Part shown: piece by piece, positions 28,034 to 40,200 of the stretch
How the letters are laid out: every line of letters starts with the position of its first letter
How positions within the stretch are numbered: position 1 is the first letter of the stretch
Assembly: GCA_030704615.1 (NCBI GenBank)
Contig: CM060732.1
Span: 10,664,001-10,728,000, forward strand
DNA length: 64,000 nt
DNA from: Takakia lepidozioides
Taxonomy: Eukaryota > Plantae > Bryophyta
Direction of reading: 5' to 3'
The notes under the pieces: generated by a model
Database searches by the model: none
What the model was told of the DNA's origin: nothing
The model's input: only the letters and a program-made list of their open reading frames with translations
Position numbers and translations under genes: made by a program

Positions 28034-29997
28034 TTACATAAAATCAAACTCATCTATGTCATCGTAAGTTCCAGGAGCAAAACTATCATCATCCGGTTTG
28101 TCCACATGGAGCTGCTTCTTCTTTGGGCCTGTGAATCACACAACACCAATTCCAAATTACAACCATGTGAGCCCATCAACTCTAGGACCTAGCAGATTTG
28201 ATACACGCAAAAAATCAGGTCTCTATCCTTGGAGATAGCACTGCAACTGGCCTACCTGACTTTTTCTTCCCTGCAGTCGCATCCTTCTCAGCTTTCAACT
28301 TCTCATTGGCAGTAACAGTCATACTGGATGCCAATTCTTTTGCATCAGCCGCCTTCAGTGATGCAACTGAATGTCGCATCAAAGCCCTGAGCAGTGTCAT
28401 ATAATGGAAGCTTTTCTGCAACCAAGGAGAAGCCCTAGGGAATGAATTAGTTATGAAATCCACAGGTCACAGTAAGTTCTCAGCTCCTGGTTGCCCTGAC
28501 ATAACTGGTAGGAATTTGGTTAATCTAACTTGACTTTGAAAGAGGAGTACATTCATCATTACTGCTTAAAAGCCATAAGGTACAGCTAGAGCAACCCGCC
28601 ATGCTACCATCATTCGTCGCCATGCCCCACACGCCACTGATGGTTGCAGCGCGCAGGTCACAGCACAAAATGAACATTGATAGAATGTACTCACTAGACG
28701 TTGTTTGCCGTAGCCTTGAGGCCATTGACCCCGCGCCCAGTTTGAGCGGAACACAAAGGGACAGAACCTACCTCTGTCAGGGGTTGACGTCAGTAGTAAG
28801 GCTTACCTTGATAAAGAACATCGATCCGGGTTTTCCAGATATCCTCTAGAAATCCCTTCACACAAGCATCAATCTGCTGTGTGTGGTTTGCCCAATAACT
28901 AGGCCCCAGAAGGGCCTGAATGAACATTGATAGAATGTACTCATAAGTCGTTGTTTGCCGTAGCCTTGTGGCCATTGACCCCGCGCCCAGTCTGAGCGGA
29001 GCATAAAGGGACAGAACCTACCTCAGTCCGGGGCTGACGTCGGCAGTAAGACTTACATTGATAAAGGACATTGATTCGGGTTTTCCAGATATCCTCTAGA
29101 AATCCCTTCACACAAGCATCAATCTGCTGTGTGTGGTTTCCTCAGTAACTAGGCCCCAGAAGGGCCTGGGCTTTTGGCTCAGCCTCGAGACTTTCAAAGT
29201 TGGTAAACATAGATAAAAATGAACATTGATGGAGTAAGGTATTATGATTGCAAAGCTAAATAGCTGGTCTTGTGAGGATTGGAGACAGACTGACCTCAAA
29301 AGGTCTGATTTTTACAGCAAGTAGCTCAGCATATTCTAAAAACTCCTCTTCAGATTTGGGGATGAAGTCATCCAAACTGCGGACACCATCAGTCTTCTGC
29401 CCACCAAACAACTCTCTGGTAGATTGATAATCTGCCTCCTCCACCAACCTGTCACATTACAGCATTGTCCTTCTTAGATCCCACCCGCTATGTTGATTAA
29501 ACTAAGAGTCAATTCAGGACTTGTTACTAAAGCCGCATTTTGGCAAGCAAGATCTGACTGCCCCTTTATGTCTCACTAACCAAACTCGCCACTTTCTGAG
29601 AACTATTTGTAATGACCAGTGAGGTCAACAAACACACAAGAAGAGCGCACCTTTGTTGTCGAAGCTTCTCAGCCACAGGATCTGCAAGCCTGTCATCTTG
29701 AACAGCTACCTTCTTCCCTCTGGTGTCCACTGCCTTCTTCTTCTCTGCCTTGGGCTTTGTTGGTGCTGCCGCCTGAGCCCCATCAAAACACAAATGATCA
29801 GTCTCCCGCACATACATACCAAAGTCCTCACAGTCGAAAAATCAGAGGGCATCATTGAAAAACTTGGGGCCCTGACCTTCTCATCACAAACAGACCACAT
29901 GATTCGAGCCAGAAGAGGTAAAACAGCGAGAAAAATACCATCATCCACGACCAGGCAACAAACCCCAAACAGTGGACAAGAGTTATAGAACGTTATG

Positions 29998-30035
<38 letters not shown>

Positions 30036-33000
30036 GGTCTACCCACTCTTCAAACTGGCAAGGGCAAAGCTCTGGGGCTCACTAAATTTTCCACTGCAGA
30101 GGGGTCAACTCTGAGGTTAAGAAAACCATGCTTTGTCGCGTTATTAGACCTGCCTTGGAGTACGGATCTGCTATATGGGTTGATAACTCCAACCAGGCTA
30201 AGTCTCTAGAATCCATTCAAGTGGGGGTGCTTAAGGAGTGTAAGTCAGCATGCTCCAAAACAGCCAATGTGGCTGTTCGGGGTGAGTTTGGCATTCCGTC
30301 CTTAAGCTCCCAACGAGATGAATTCAAGGTCAGATGGTGGGGTCAGCTGCAACATATGCCCAACACCAGATATCCTAAGTTAATCGACTCTATATCTTGG
30401 CAACAGGACCGCCCTGTCAAACAGGCTAAGTCCTGGCAGAAGAGAGTAGAAGAGATCCTCAAGGACCTGGACCTGGATCCGCAAGTCTTGACCCTGCTGG
30501 ATAAATCTGACTTAGAGGCTGTAGTGTCCTCAGCCATGTCTGTTGCCATGAGATTGTCTGATGAAAATGAAGTTAGGCAGAAAACTTCCCTGAACTTGTT
30601 TCCAGTCTGTGACATGGGGGAGGACATCTTGGATGACCTCAAGGGTCTACCCGCTCTCGGCACTAGACTGAAATTTAAACTCAGGGCAGGAAGCCTACCT
30701 TTGAACAGCAAACAGAAGCAGAGAGGAAAGGGAGAGTGCAATTGCCCGTTGTGTGGGCAATCTGAAGACAGTATTCATTTTCTGATACACTGTCCGGGGT
30801 TCTCTCACCAAAGAGACGCTCTCTTCAAATCTATTACGGGTATTGTGCCTGTACCCCTGTTTACCAACTTTGAAAGTCTCGAGGCTGAGCCAAAAGCCCA
30901 GGCCCTCCTGAGCCCTAGCTTTTGGGCAAATCACACACAGCAGATTGATGCTTGTGTGAAGGGATTTCTAGAGGATATCTGGAAAACCCGGATTAATTCT
31001 ATATATGGAGGTAAGTCTTACTACCAACATCAGCCCCTGACAGAGGTAGGTTCTGTCCCTTTTGTTCCCGCTCAAACTGGGCGCGGGGTCAATGGCCACA
31101 AGGCTACGGCAAACAACGTCTTATGAGTACAATCTCTCGCTCTCCCTCTCCCTCTCCCTCTCTCTCTTTCTCTCTCTCTCTCAAGGGTCTACCCACTCTC
31201 GGCACTAGACTGAAATTTAAACTCAGGGCAGGAAGCCTACCTTTGAACAGCAAACAGAAGCAGAGAGGAAAGGGAGAGTGCAATTGCCCGCTGTGTGGGC
31301 AATCTGAAGACAGTATTCACTTTCTGATACACTGTCCGGGGTTCTCTCACCAAAGAGACGCTCTCTTCAATTCTATCAAGGGAATTGTGCCTGTACCCCT
31401 GTTTAACAACTTTGAAAGTCTCGAGGCTGAGCCAAAAGCCCAGGCCCTCCTGAGGCCTAGTTTTTGGGCAAATCACACACAGCAGATTGATGCTTGTGTG
31501 AAGGGATTTCTAGAGGATATCTGGAAAACCCGGATTAATTCTATATATGATGGTAAGTCACACTACCAACGTCAGCCCCTGACAGAGGTAGGTTCTGTCC
31601 CTTTTGTTCCCACTCAAACTGGGCGCGGGGTCAATGGCCACAAGGCTACGGCAAACAATGTCTTATGAGTACAATCTCTCTCTCTCTCTGCCCAAAGACT
31701 GTCCGAAGAAAATGAAGTTAGGCATAAAACTTCCCTGAACTTGTTCCCAGTCTGTGACATGGGCGAGTACCTTAAGGATGATCTCAAGGCCTACCTACCC
31801 TCGGAACAAAACTGAGTTTTAAACTCAGGGCGGGAAGCCTACCTCTGAAGAATAAACAGATGCAGAAAGGAAGAGGAGATTGTAATTAACCGATTTGCGG
31901 GCAATATCCATTTTCTGATACATTGTCCGGGATATTCTCACAATCAGAACATTGTCCCTGCACCTCTGTTCACCGGCTTTCAAAATCTTGGGGCTGAGCT
32001 CAAAGCTCCAAGTTGGGGTCTAAGTGCTGGGCAGCTTACACACAGCAAGTTGATGCTTGTGGGAAGGGCTTTCTAGAGGATATCTGGAAAACCCGAACTA
32101 GTTGTCTCTATCAAGGTAAGTCGCACTACCAGAGTGAGCCCCTCACAAAGGTAGTATCTGTTCCCTTTTGTTCCCACCCAAACTGGGCGCGGGGTCTATG
32201 GCCACAAGGCTACAGCAACAACGTCTTATAAGTACATCCTCTCATCACAGGGCAGGGCAGGTAGAAGAGATTTTCAAGTACCTGAATATTAGGTGGGAAG
32301 AACTGACCCAGCTAGACAAAACTGACTTGGAGGCTGAAGTGTCTAAGGCCATGTTGAAAGCATGAAGAATGTCCAAACAAAACGACGTTAGGCATAAAAC
32401 TTCCCTGAACTTATCCTGCACCTCTATTCCCCAACTTCCAAAATCTCAAGGCTGAGCCCTAAGCCCTGGCCCTATTGGGGTCTAATTGCTGGGCAGTTCA
32501 GCTGCTTGTGTGAAGGGATTTCTGAAGGATATCTAGAAGGCCAGAACCAATTATGTTTATACCAAGGTAAGTTACACTACTGGAGTGAGCCCCTGACAAA
32601 GGTAGTGTCTGTTCCCTCTTGTTCAGCCCAAACTGGGCCCGGGTTCTATGGCCATAAGGCTACGGCAAACAACATCTCATGAGTGTATCCTCTCATCTTC
32701 GACCAACATGAAGTCTGTTGATGAGGCTCTGTCTCATGTTCTTTAAGTACTTTCCAGACTTATGCTGGTTGTGCGTGGCACCATCAAGCTGAGTCAGCAT
32801 ATTGGATTTTAAGATAGCACATGTGGGAACTATTCGTTCCAAAATGGAGCTTGCCACCACTACATTTTCTCCTCATCCTCCTCTATAATCTCCCCCCTCT
32901 TTTCCTGTTCTCATCCACGAGCGTGGGTTCAAAACTACAAGGTTGTGTAACAAGCACATACAACTCAAAGTGACAGTCAACTTCAGCTTCAACTAATTTC

Positions 33001-33808
33001 TCATGGATGGATGCTGTGACCGACACGCCGATAAGATGTTTCTTATCTTTCTTATCGTGACATCCCACGGTAGTAAGCCAGCTGCCAGGCAGCAACATCA
33101 TGAAATGCACCAACACGAGCTGCTCGTGGAGTCTACGCACCCTATCATTCCTACACTCACTACAGACAGTAAGAATGAGAACATGAAGCTTGAAAAGATG
33201 TGTACCGGTTTAGAAACGTCCTCATCATCCCAGGACTGCTTCACATCTTCCTCGGCAACATCTTCATCTTCATCATCCCATTGACTCTTTGGTTGCTCCT
33301 TTACAACCACGGGAGGAGCTGGCACAAAATCCTCCGACTCTGTAGACACATCCCGTCACAACTTTGAGTGATGAATGAAGATAGGGTTCACTAGGAAACC
33401 CTAAAGTGGCTTCAACTTCTAGAGAAAACTATAGAACCATGTCTTTGTTCGGTAAGAGTGCACCACACGGCCACAGTCCGTTAGCTGCAAGGGCATGCAA
33501 AAACAAACCTTGCCATAATCAATTCAATTCTACAGAACACGACGGTCTCTCTATATACAGAATATGATGGTGACTCCCTACACAGGACGAATGAGCAGAG
33601 CACCACCAACTCTTAACCATTGCTTACAGACGTGCTTAAACAAACAAAGAAAACCCTCATGGAACTGCGCCCCTGAGATTAGCGCTCTCGAGGCATGAGG
33701 CTACAACCGCACAAGAGGAAAGCTGTGGTGTATGTCAGAAAGAGAAAAAAAAAACAATAATGAAACCAAAAGAGGTTAGCAGGATAAGGACCCACCCCAG
33801 TCATCCAT
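28034..33808 (-). CDS. EIF3J: Eukaryotic translation initiation factor 3 subunit J, 6 coding exons
   Basis: MDDW (33808-33796) / ESEDFVP...QWDDED...KQSWDDED / ...DPVAEKLRQQR / LVEEADYQSTRELFG...LDDFIPKSEEEFLEYAEL / KSFHYMTLLRALMR...ANEKLKAEK / KKKQLHVDKPDDD...YDDIDEFDFM* (TAA 28034-28036). Confidence 0.95.
28681..29210 (-). mobile_element. Two tandem 5'-truncated LINE 3' ends in an eIF3j intron
   Basis: Reverse complements of the 3' end seen at 30050-31132. The target aatgaacattgat occurs three times (about 28668, 28919 and 29218). Confidence 0.9.
30000..32700 (+). mobile_element. Head-to-tail array of four 5'-truncated non-LTR retrotransposons (RTE-X/CR1-group-like) separated by TC-rich tracts
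   Basis: Copy 1 (30050-31132) encodes the RT C-terminus IRPALEYGSAIW...TANVAVRGEFG and the zinc motif CPLCGQSEDSIHFLIHC. Copies 2 (31183-31674), 3 (about 31690-32245) and 4 (about 32246-32700) share the 3' end ...gtcttatgagtac followed by TC. Confidence 0.92.
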
Positions 33809-34419
33809 AGTGCCTGAGCTGAAAACCCGTTCAAATAAAGGTAGAAGCAAATGGAAAAGCTTCCCAAAGTCTCAGAATTTCCTTGGTCCGGAACAACCAC
33901 CGCCTGCCCTCTCCAGCTTGTCGAAAATTCCCAGCTACTGTTCCGAATGCCCAGTGCAGACAACACAGAACAGCAGAGCAATTGCAGAATAGAGCAACAC
34001 TAAATCTTGTGCTATGAGGAAACCTAGAGAAAGATTGCAGACTAGGTCTGCGTGGGGACGAAGGCATAGTGGGCGGTAGCGGCAGCCCGAAAAAGTCATT
34101 CTTCGATTAGGTCAAGGGGTACAACCACAATTATTGAGGCAATAGTATTACCTTCATGACGGTACTACTATAAACCCTTCCTCCTTCAAGTGGGAATGAC
34201 ATATATTACCTTTATAACGGTAAGCTACGTGGTGAGTGGAAGTGTTCTTCTATCCTCGACTCACCTTCAAGGACGAACTAAGTAAATTACCTCCATAGAG
34301 GTAAATTGTTTCTCGTTGCACTTATGTGGGTCAGTGGTTACATTGCATTCAATCAATCCCTTCGCACATAATAGCTTATTAAACTCGTCTAAATGAATGG
34401 AATAAATCTCGAGAGCTGC

Positions 34420-35260
34420 TCTCAAGTCCAACAATGATAAACTTTATTTTTCATAGTGGCATTTGTGGACCGATGCCCCTTTCTTCTTTTGGCAAATCTC
34501 GATACTATATCCTTTTCAAGGATGATCACTATGGTTACCGCTTCATCTTCTTTGCTCAACACAAATCAGAGACTTTTTCTTGTTGTAAGAAAGTAGTACA
34601 CCACACCTTCAGAGATATAGGAAACAAAGTCCTTACCATACGGACTGACCAAAGAGGTGAATATATGAGTCAAGATTTATGCACTTTTATGAACAAGAAG
34701 GCATCATCCACGAATACACTGCAACGTACAGCCCAGAGCAAAATGCTATCTCTGGAAGGGATAACTGCACAATTGTTGAAGCAGCTCGGAGCATGCTTCA
34801 CTCAGCCTCACTTCTAATCCGTTTTCGGCCAAAGCAATTGCTTCTACAATACATGTATTCAACAGAACTGACACTAGAACACTCCCAGGAAAAACGCCTT
34901 ATGAGGCTTGGTTTGGCATCAAAGCATCAGTGGCTCATATTCGAGTGTTTGGCTGTATAGCATTTGCACATATCATGCTCGCTTGTTTTAGGATTTTCCT
35001 CCTATTCAGGTACAACCAGCATCCGTTCAAGTGACACATACTCCTCCAGCAAATCCAATGCATACTGTACTTGCTCATATGGTTCCTGCAACACCAATTG
35101 TGACAACTGACACATCTGATGCAGACACATTTGATCATGTTGCATCACCAACAACGATCCCTCCTCGTTCTAGAGTGCCCCCCATTAGATTTGGAAACTA
35201 GATATATCCACCTAATCGGAGTATTTATGTTTGCACAGCAACTGTCACTGCACTTCCATT
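34420..35260 (+). mobile_element. Ty1/Copia integrase remnant
   Basis: ICGPMPLSSFGKSRYYILFKDD...KSETF...RTDQRGEY and YSPEQNAISGRDNCTIVEAARSML; frameshifted. Confidence 0.85.
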
Positions 35261-35315
35261 AAGTGTCTAGGGTGGCCTGTGCCGTTGGTCCAAGTGTCCA
35301 ATGTCATTTAGGTCA

Positions 35316-36324
35316 TCTAAGTCTAATCATTTTTTTCCACAGAGCCTACGATCAGATTTGAACCGGAGACCTTTCCCTTCATATCTCTCCCGTCGAGGCT
35401 CCAACCAATGCCCACTTTGCCATTTTTGCTATTTTTTGTGAATTTCCAGCGACCAAAAGTACTTGGAATTCCGTACCTCCCACACCGCAGGTCCAAAAAT
35501 CGTGAGACCAAGCCCGTGCACCCCTCCTCGTCAAGGGCTTTCCAACGGTACCAAGCACCCATGTTGGGGCCCCGCGGTTCGGGACATCTCAACGTGACAA
35601 AACAAAACAAAACAAACAAACAAATCGTCTCGATTCATATATTGATCTTTTATCTGATGAAACATCATCAAGAGAGGAAGAATCAGCCTCATACTACACT
35701 AAAAAATAGACCAAAAATTGATTATCTTAATTATTAATTATATTTTTGAGTTGAGCATAGCAAACAAATAAAATTATATATCCTTTATTTACCCGGCGGA
35801 TATATAAAGGGTAAATCATTTATCCTTACCCGGTCAAAAATATTGGCCTTTATCCTTTACCTGTAGGATAAATAAATGGACATATAATAATTTACCCTTA
35901 TCCGAAGGATAAATATCCTCTGATTTCTATTTATCCTTACCCGGAGGATAAGCAAAAATCTATTTACCCGCACAACACTGGTTCTGACGCCCTGGGGGTC
36001 GGTGTGCACCAGCGACGGACAAGGATGTGGGGCAAGGGAGCGTCCCCCAAGGGGTTGGTGTTACAAAGCGACGTTTTCAACGGCCGGGGCCAAAACATTC
36101 AGCGACCCCCAGGGGTCGGTGCTTACAAACGACGGGCAGGGCCTGCTTGGTTTAACCCTAAACCGACCCCGGGAGGTCGGTTTTTCCAGGCGACGGGAAG
36201 GGGCATGCCTGGGTGAACCCTAAAGCGACCCCCAGGGGGCGCCCCTCAAATGAGGTTTTCATTTTGTTTTATTTATTTGCTTTATCTTACCCCCGCGCAT
36301 TGGGTCGGGCCTTTTAAATAGTAG
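35316..36324 (+). mobile_element. Possible non-autonomous Helitron-like element with a nested hAT-MITE end
   Basis: A|TC start at 35316. Imperfect GC hairpin cccgcgcattgggtcggg followed by ...atag/gtag|t (not the canonical CTAG). Internal tatccttaccc repeats end in caacactg (35979), matching the TIR family at 10357. GC-rich cgacccc..gggg repeats at 35985-36245. Confidence 0.35.
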
Positions 36325-36528
36325 TACCTTTCTTGGGGCCCAGAAGCTTCCTAGAGCCTCTTTGTAGGTGTAACCTATATGTCCACAACAAAGCAAGCCG
36401 AGAGACACCGCGAATTAGACGACAAGCAACTGCTACTAGAAATAATCAAAAAAACATAACGAGGTCAAAGCCTCTTATCCTGTACATGCACTATGTAATA
36501 TATGCGTCTTCTATAGTACTAGATACCC

Positions 36529-37015
36529 CAACGACGTTACGGCATGAGCCTCGCATGTGAGCGTGTGAGCGTACACTCACGCAATGGTGACGTGGCGTGG
36601 TGCTGACGTGGTGTGAGCACACCCAAGGTCGTGCCACGGCACCACAAAGATAGTGGGCCTATAACCGTGGATCCATTAAAGGCAAGATTTATTCATCTGA
36701 AGGTAAGATGGGTTTAGGGTTTAGGATGTCCGCAGATATCAACCTCGTGTTAACACAAGCATGATTTCCAGTTCTAGGAAATGAACCTTGTGTTAACACG
36801 AGGTTGAATCCGCGAACTTTAAATCAATCGTGTGTTAACACGAGGTTGATTTCCGAGAACTTGAAATCATGTTTGTGTTAACACGAGGTTGCAGATTTCA
36901 GAGAACTTGAAATCATGCTTGTGTTAACACGAGGTTGATTTCCAAGAACTTGAAATCATGCTTGTGTTAACACGAGGTTGATTTCCGACAGCTTGAAATC
37001 AACCTTGTGTTTGAA
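36529..37015 (+). mobile_element. hAT-like terminus followed by 43-bp subterminal repeats with palindromic cores
   Basis: caacgacgttacggcatgagc matches the TIR at 55235-55255. About 6 units of tgtgttaacacgaggttgatttccgagaacttgaaatcatgct at 36740-37010, the first inverted. gggtttagggtttagg at 36710. Confidence 0.6.
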
Positions 37016-37235
37016 TGTGACTTGATGTGTTCGCAAATGAACAAATGAGTTTGAAGAGCAAATGCAACAAATGGCAGATGCACGCACAACACGATAGATG
37101 ACGTGACATACACCGATAGACATACGACTTCAACATTTTTTTATTTTTTTATTTTTTTTGAAAAAATGATGCTTTCATTTCTCAAATCAAGACAAAACTG
37201 ATGTTGAAAGCCAAAGGATGAGCCAAGCCTTAGCA

Positions 37236-40200
37236 TTAATCCGGAAAAAAAAAGTTGCAACTGACTAAATGCCTGAAAGTCTGCGGAGGACTAAATTCCT
37301 TCCAAGCCAAATCCAACACAATGGGAATTTGGTTGAAGGGCATAATCATAGCCCGACTGTACTCTCGTGCAGCAGGAGTTTTCGGTGGGTTAAAGGCAGC
37401 ATCCCCCCATACCTCAGGCTGTGGCAGCTGTGGTGTGGCTGTAGTAACAACAGGGTCAGCTACTGGCACAGTCACTTGTTGTGGTATTGGTAGCACTGGC
37501 TCTTGTACCACTGGCATCTCCTGCACCCCCTGCGAAGAAGACTGAAAAGCTAAAGTTCTGGCTTGTAAATAAAAAGTCATCAGCTGCTCCTCAGGTACAA
37601 AGACTCTCTTGTCAATATTCGATGTCAGGTTCTCCACCTGAGTCTACAGGCCGTCTACATCCTCCTGTAACAATGTTCTGCACCTGCAGTCTGAGTTCAT
37701 TCATCTCACCTTAGGTGAGCTTCCGTGGTGCTTTGCCTTCCACCGGCCCTTGTGCTAACCAGACTTGCATAAGGTGGTTATCCACCAAGTTGCGTGTGGC
37801 ACCCCTGAGAGGCTGCTCCTCTGTGAGCCTGTACACATCTATATGCTGCTGTAAAGCCTCCATGCGCTTCGCATGAGGTTCAACCAAACTCGCATAGGCA
37901 GCAGCCAGATTATTGGCTTCCTTCCAAGCCTTGTTAGCCACAGAGAGTTCATTTCTCTTTACCATGACCGTTTGTTGCAATTCCAGGATGTACCTCTCTT
38001 GGTCAGCTTCAACCTGTCTGTATTGCTTGAAAGTATTCTCATTGCGACAGATTGTATTCTTCATATCGACAATGAGTTTCGTCTGCTCGACATTCTCTGC
38101 CTCTGCCTTCGTACATCTTTCCGCTTGACTGTTAACTTCTATTATAGCTTGCTCAAGCGTAGTTGTGAGTGTAGCACATTGTATGGCCATCCTCTCATGT
38201 ACTGTCTGCAACTCCGTATGTAGTGCATTCACTTCTTGCAACTTGCTCTCATGTTTCACCTGCATTTGGTATAGCTGTTGCTTATGTGCTTCGTGCAACT
38301 GGTCCTACGCTTCAATCAAATGTTCCTTGGCCAACTGCAAAGCAGCTGTTGTATCCTCTAACTCTTGCTATAACTTGAGAGTGACCTCCTCATCGATCTT
38401 GTTTGCACACTCAGTGGCAAGTCGAGCCTCAAACTCCTTCCTGAGTTCCTCCCTCAAAGCTGCCAATTGGGTAGATGGAACATGGGATTTCACATAAGTG
38501 CCCAACAAATTAAGTGTCCTGCTTATGGAACTCATAAGCATGGCCTGCTGAGGGTCATCATGGTGAGTTTGCTGCTGTTCTCCCTGATCCTCAACAGTGT
38601 GATGCCTCACGAACCATTCAGGCCATTGCCCCACCAGATTTTCTTCCTGAACCACCTCATCCACCACAGGTGCTGCAGTCTCTTGATATTCTCCCCCTGG
38701 TACCTCCGTCACAGTTGTGGTTATTACATGCACAGCAGGGTTTCCCCTAGACAATCACTGCACCTCTGGAATCATTGTTTCCCTTATTAAGCCAGAATTT
38801 TCATAGAGAATGTCACTCTTCTCAATTTCGGCCACGACCTGCTCTATAGTGGGAATGTCCAATCTTTCTCCTTCCTGAGCAACTGGGGATGATACCACAG
38901 CATATACTAACTGTGGAACCTCTAAAACAATAGAGTCAATTGGTTGTGGTGGCTGTGACATCGAAGTGACTTCATTTTCCCTCTCTGAAGGCCCTGCTTC
39001 CAATAATAGCAGCTCTCTGTGCTGTTGTGCCCCATCCTGCACAAGAGCTTGGGAAACATTATCGTGTGGTTTCCGTGAAGCTAGTGGATCCGCCATTACG
39101 ATCTTACCCCGCCTCTGTCTCTTAGACTGGTGTTGTGCTTCCAGTCTACCCTCACTGTGTGAAGAGCCTTGCTCTTCAATTGCAGTGGTTTCTGTTTCAA
39201 ACACTCCCATCTCATTTCTTTCCCGAGTATCAAGTATGCAAGAATCAAGAATTATTTGAGCAATGATTGGACCAGACACAATGATCGGAGACAAATCCCT
39301 CCAATTTCTTGATTTCGCTTCTTGGAAAATACCTTCTGCAGGTATTTCTGGCTCATGATTGGCTGTTGGCTGTGTGATTTGTTTTGTGATTTAATTTCCT
39401 TCCATGGATTTTCCCCCCTGGACTGTCCACTATGATAGCACATGTGACCTGGATTTTGCTTTTCGGTACTTGTAAAGGGTTCTGTTACCCGTTCCCTGTA
39501 TGCATTAATGGCCCCATAATAAGTTAATATGTCGGGTAGGTACTTTGACGGCTAATTTTGTCTTCTTTCTTGATGACACTCGCTTTTGCAATCCATGTCC
39601 GGCTGTGTGTCTCGCTCTGGCGTCCACGTGTCCATTTCTAAACGTGCCTCCGTCCACTTTTCCGCCGGCCACTCTCCGGATGTTAACCCACGTCCACCTA
39701 TCATTGATCCTATGGATTGTGTAACCCCAGTAGGTTGTGTTGAGCTGTGACAAGCTGTGTCATACTGTGGTACGCTGTGATAGGCTGTGTGGCACTGTGG
39801 TAAGCTGTGATAGGCTGTGACACGCTGTGGTAGGTTGTGATATGTTGTGTCGCGCCGTGATGGGCTGTGATAGGTTGTGTCGCGCCGTGATGGGCTGTGA
39901 TACGCTGTGTCGCGCCGTGATGGGTTGTGATAGGCTGTGTCGCGCCGTGATGGGCTGTGATAGGCTGTGTCGCGCCGTGATGGGTTGTGATAGGCTGTGT
40001 CGCGCTTGTACTGCCCGTCCTGGTCATATACGCTCGGCCTAGCGACAAGTGTTCTATACCCCGTTGGTATCACTGGCGCAGCCCGTGATTGCTTCTGCGT
40101 TTCAACATGCAAATCGTGCTGCAATGGTTTGTCATGGATACCACTGTACCCCTTCAACTTATTGGCATTGACTCTTCCCAGCATCTCTTTGTTAATGGTT

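Noticed and set aside
36740-37010. 43-bp palindromic repeat array as CRISPR-like
   Set aside because: The units are contiguous tandem repeats with no unique spacers.
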